IMG/VR virus record: IMGVR_UViG_3300034157_000063
Origin: a virus
Lineage: Duplodnaviria; Heunggongvirae; Uroviricota; Caudoviricetes
DNA: 64,000 bases
Direction: 5' to 3' (one strand)
Part shown: positions 60,457 to 64,000 of the stretch, one piece after another
Layout: each line of letters starts with the position of its first letter
How positions within the stretch are numbered: the first letter of the stretch is position 1
Position numbers and translations under genes: made by a program
Notes under the pieces: generated by a model
What the model saw: only the letters and a program-made list of their open reading frames with translations
Databases searched by the model: none
Told to the model about the DNA's origin: nothing

Positions 60457-61584
60457 TTAGTAACGGTAGCTTAGGTTAAGGTTGTTCTCGTTAGACCAAA
60501 GTCTAATAAGATTGTCTTCTTCACCCGTTGTTTTTCTGTTTGCAAAACCACGAGCTTGGACAACACAACGGTTGGATCTGACTTCAATGGTGACTTTACG
60601 TTTACCATTGACTTTCAATGACCAGATTGAGGCAGAGCCATCAATGCAAGAGTTTTTGTAGCCAAATACACAATGGTGTTGTTGTTTACCTTCATCCAAG
60701 AGTTCTTTGGATGACTTAATTTGTGTGATGGTCCATTCTTCTGCGTTATATTCATCTTTACGTTTGGTCAAGCTGAAATCTTTAAAATCATGCCCAGCCC
60801 AAGTGAATGAACCCATCTTTTTGGAACGACGAAGGTCATAGTGCCAGTCATGCATTCTCTTGGTGAGTGAGGCCAATGTCCATCCATTACCGAAAATATT
60901 GAAATTGTTGTTTTCGAGTTTTTGTGCGTTGATAAAGTCTACCAAGTCGTTAATTTGTTCAACGGTTTCTGGTGTTTTACCTTCTTGGGAGAAGAACTTA
61001 ACCACATTCTTCCAGAATTCAGTTTCATAACTCTTTTCATTGAGTTTGGATTTAGCAATACGCAACGCTGCACCCGCACGACCATCTTCTGCCAACGCAA
61101 TAGAATAAACGAGAGCTTGATCAATGGTGAGGTCAAAAGGGCAGTTAACAAACAGCAACCCTTCTTTTTTTGTCAAGAATGTTTTCAAATGTTCTTTGTA
61201 AAGAGAACCACCTGTTGCGGCACAGACAAACCATTTACGGTAACGAATGGCTGATGATTTTTTCTTGGTGTTGGTACGACCCGGAATAGATGGGCCATCC
61301 CATACTTGTTCAAGAATTTTTGGCGTTTTGTATTTTGAAAAAAGGAATTTAGCCAACATCCTTACTTTTTTATCACGATTGCTGGATTTTAACGTGTATT
61401 TAAAGCTGTCAGGATCGTTAATGGCGAACGTCAACAATTCAGGCTCAATTTCGCTGATAGCTGGCACTTCTTGTTTGGTTGAGTTTTCGACTTTAATTTT
61501 ATTGGAATGATTGGCAATAGATTGCTTGAATCGCATTTCACTGGATTCAAACTCTTCAATTTTCTTTTTATTTTGCTTACCCAT
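60457..61584 (-). CDS. PcfJ-domain protein
   Basis: ELLDEGKQQHHCVFGY...IWSL...VTIEV...VQARGFANR. Confidence 0.85.
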   Translation of the reverse strand: MGKQNKKKIEEFESSEMRFKQSIANHSNKIKVENSTKQEVPAISEIEPELLTFAINDPDSFKYTLKSSNRDKKVRMLAKFLFSKYKTPKILEQVWDGPSIPGRTNTKKKSSAIRYRKWFVCAATGGSLYKEHLKTFLTKKEGLLFVNCPFDLTIDQALVYSIALAEDGRAGAALRIAKSKLNEKSYETEFWKNVVKFFSQEGKTPETVEQINDLVDFINAQKLENNNFNIFGNGWTLASLTKRMHDWHYDLRRSKKMGSFTWAGHDFKDFSLTKRKDEYNAEEWTITQIKSSKELLDEGKQQHHCVFGYKNSCIDGSASIWSLKVNGKRKVTIEVRSNRCVVQARGFANRKTTGEEDNLIRLWSNENNLNLSYRY

Positions 61585-61737
61585 TTTTCAATACCTTTAA
61601 TTGAATATCTTTAATACTTTAATGATAGCACAAAATAACCCATTAGATCAAGTCTTTTTCTGTGTTTATTTCGGCTTATTTATTGACTTTTTTTGATAAA
61701 AAATGTATAATTTTCGCTACATTATTGAGGATGACTA

Positions 61738-62445
61738 ATGGACAGACGAAAAAATCATAAGATTCTTAGACGTTTTAAAAATGGTTCACAACTTGAAAAC
61801 ACTTTTGAGACATCTAAGACCGAGGGCATGAATACTGTATTTAGTCCGTCTGCTGAAAATATTCTTGTTCATTATTCTAATGGTATTCGTCATTGTGTGA
61901 TTGATGAAGGGTTTCCTTATTTTTACACATTAGAACAAGACGGTAGTTTTTCTTTTTCAGCTACTGGTTATAGTTCAATTGGTTTTATTGCTAGTGATCA
62001 TTATTCTAATTTTGAAGAAGTTTTTGCAGTTTTTAAGAAATTAAATACACTCAATAGTGCTCATGCTGAACAGTTTTTTATTGACGCTTATGAACACTTT
62101 ACACATCAAAAGAATGCTACCTTTACTTATAGCTATAATTTAGGATTTAAAGATTTAGAAAATGATGTTCATGGTGGCGATCATGTCGTTATCTATGATA
62201 TTAAAGGTGAATTTAATTTAAACATGGAATTTCATTTTCTTGATTCAACAATAGTCCTTCGTTGCAAATACAGTGATAGTAAGAAAACAAAAAACAAAGT
62301 GAAAATATACAGTGGTGATTTTGAATCTGTCTGCAAGCATATTTTCAAAGAAGCTGAGATATTTTCTTGCTTGGAAGATGACATTATTGATTTTGATAGT
62401 GATCTTAATGAGTTGTTTCGTTTAAGTGAAATTGTTGATTTTTAA
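61738..62445 (+). CDS. Hypothetical protein (variant tail, Ile at -4)
   Basis: GAGGA SD, TTGACT/TATAAT promoter; ends LNELFRLSEIVDF. Confidence 0.7.
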   Translation: MDRRKNHKILRRFKNGSQLENTFETSKTEGMNTVFSPSAENILVHYSNGIRHCVIDEGFPYFYTLEQDGSFSFSATGYSSIGFIASDHYSNFEEVFAVFKKLNTLNSAHAEQFFIDAYEHFTHQKNATFTYSYNLGFKDLENDVHGGDHVVIYDIKGEFNLNMEFHFLDSTIVLRCKYSDSKKTKNKVKIYSGDFESVCKHIFKEAEIFSCLEDDIIDFDSDLNELFRLSEIVDF

Positions 62446-62506
62446 AATTTACTTTTTTTGGTTATGTTGTATAATGTAGTTATAATTAACAACTACTGGT
62501 CAATTA

Positions 62507-64000
62507 ATGCCATTATTTAAAAAATCCATTTCTGAGAAATTAAATCTCGATTTGATAAATTTTGCAGATAAAGAGAAAGAAAATCTTGCAAAAAAAACCG
62601 TATACCTAAGAAAAGACGTTGAAAAAGATCAAAAAAGTTTGATGGTTGTAGGTCTTGCAACAGGTGTATCTACTATTTTAGTTGTAGGTAGTCTTCTTGC
62701 TCACGTCACCAACACGATACCACTTGATGTGGCTAAATCAATGGCTCAAATGGCAATCGTTACTTCCGCAGGAGCTTTTGCTGCAACGCCTTTAATGAAT
62801 CTTTATGACAAAATGAAAGACGGTTTATGTAAAATATCAGGTGAAAAATTAAAATCTGTCAATGATTATGAATATGACTATCAAGAATTATCTATTTTTA
62901 AAGAGCGTATTGCTGGAAAGATCGAAACACCTATCAATCAAGAAAATAGATATATTACTGCAGAAGAAGTTAAACTTGAAGGCAGGGATTATCTTTACAA
63001 TTCATTCGCTACGGGTGTTGTAGGCACTATGCTTGCAGCCGGATTAACTAATAGCATGACCAATGTTCTTCCAGTTAGTTCTGTGGAACCCATTATGACC
63101 GCTGGTTTGTATTCATTGCCTTTGTATGCGATCTCTCCTTTGTTAACGCTTGTTGATAAGTGTAAAGAGAATTACAGTAAAATTACTTCATCATTAAAAA
63201 CGAATGCAGCTTTGGCTAATGAAATTGACAATGGTTTAACAAATGTTGTTTTTGCTGCACCTATCATGGAAGCTAATAAATTAGATGTCAATGTAGCTAC
63301 GATGCCAACAATAGATTATCAATTACCTGCTAAAAAACCAGAAGTGCCTATGAACCAAGATGGCTTAATGGATAAGTCTGATTACTTAAATTTAGTGAGT
63401 GATGTGAGAAAGTCTTATGCTGCTTTACTTCCTGCTCCAACTACTAAACTTATTAGCTTACATGATGATAATTATTTTGTTGAAGCTCAACTTGAAAATG
63501 AAATCAATATTGCAATTGAGAATTCAACTATTAACGTTAATACACCAACTGCTAACATTATAGAAGTTCCTTATGTGAAAGATAACTTGAAGAAGCCATT
63601 GTTTATAGACTCTTTTATAAAACAAGAAAAAGAAGAAAAACCTGTTAATGTTGCCACAGTAGAAAATGACAATTTAACTACGAGTGACTTACTTAAATTT
63701 GTGACAAAAATTAAGGAAACGTATCAACCATTACCAGAGCCAACTACCAGACAAATACCTAAAGAAGTATTTATCTTTGAAGAGCCAGAGTTAATAGACA
63801 TGCCAGTATCAGGTATTAGTACTAAACAAGCTTCAACTACTGAACTTAATATCAATATACCAAAAGAACTTGAAGGTTTAAAAGCGAGCAAAGCTGATGA
63901 TGTTTTACCTATTCTTGAAATTCAAGATAATGGATTTAAAGTTAAAAAAGGTGATCACATTAAACAATTCTTCAAAGATCAAATTCTTAAACAACAAGCT
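62507..64000 (+). CDS. Large membrane protein, partial (runs off the window)
   Basis: Hand translation MPLFKKSISEKLNLD..., two pairs of hydrophobic helices, then a Pro/Glu/Lys-rich region; not in the ORF track. Confidence 0.7.
   Translation, partial: MPLFKKSISEKLNLDLINFADKEKENLAKKTVYLRKDVEKDQKSLMVVGLATGVSTILVVGSLLAHVTNTIPLDVAKSMAQMAIVTSAGAFAATPLMNLYDKMKDGLCKISGEKLKSVNDYEYDYQELSIFKERIAGKIETPINQENRYITAEEVKLEGRDYLYNSFATGVVGTMLAAGLTNSMTNVLPVSSVEPIMTAGLYSLPLYAISPLLTLVDKCKENYSKITSSLKTNAALANEIDNGLTNVVFAAPIMEANKLDVNVATMPTIDYQLPAKKPEVPMNQDGLMDKSDYLNLVSDVRKSYAALLPAPTTKLISLHDDNYFVEAQLENEINIAIENSTINVNTPTANIIEVPYVKDNLKKPLFIDSFIKQEKEEKPVNVATVENDNLTTSDLLKFVTKIKETYQPLPEPTTRQIPKEVFIFEEPELIDMPVSGISTKQASTTELNINIPKELEGLKASKADDVLPILEIQDNGFKVKKGDHIKQFFKDQILKQQA

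Overview
An AT-rich (roughly 30% GC by eye), gene-dense 64 kb segment in the standard genetic code. It looks like the accessory region of a very large mobile replicon, either a jumbo phage or a megaplasmid, with a probable gammaproteobacterial host. No virion, replication or conjugation genes are visible, so the replicon type cannot be settled. Most genes are orphans with their own sigma70-like promoter and intrinsic terminator. Recognisable genes: a partial intimin/invasin-type inverse autotransporter (missed by the ORF track), DEDDh exonuclease, two PcfJ-like proteins, PLP aminotransferase, ErpA/IscA, T5orf172/GIY-YIG protein, MCP, LprI-like protein, DNA methyltransferase plus a putative restriction nuclease, Nudix, DUF2061, ADP-ribosyltransferase, AlkB-like dioxygenase, Ser/Thr phosphatase, oligopeptidase A, M23 peptidase, HAD hydrolase, a truncated alanyl-tRNA synthetase-like protein and three tRNAs (fMet-like, Thr, Gly). 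The most striking unexplained signals are four. (1) Short leader ORFs are wired to downstream genes that avoid the codons or residue the leader contains: an AlaRS-like gene apparently entered by a -1 shift at an Ala codon, and an AlkB-like gene with no CTN/CGN codons behind a CTN/CGN/CAA-rich leader that pairs with its SD. (2) Nineteen otherwise divergent ORFs end with Met exactly four residues from the C-terminus (mostly MxxI-stop), including a 34-aa ORF that is only this tail. (3) A second, non-overlapping set of proteins has Lys-rich C-terminal tails. (4) Structured, partly tRNA-like non-coding RNA candidates lie inside the tRNA cluster. All family assignments are from motif recognition by eye; no searches were run.
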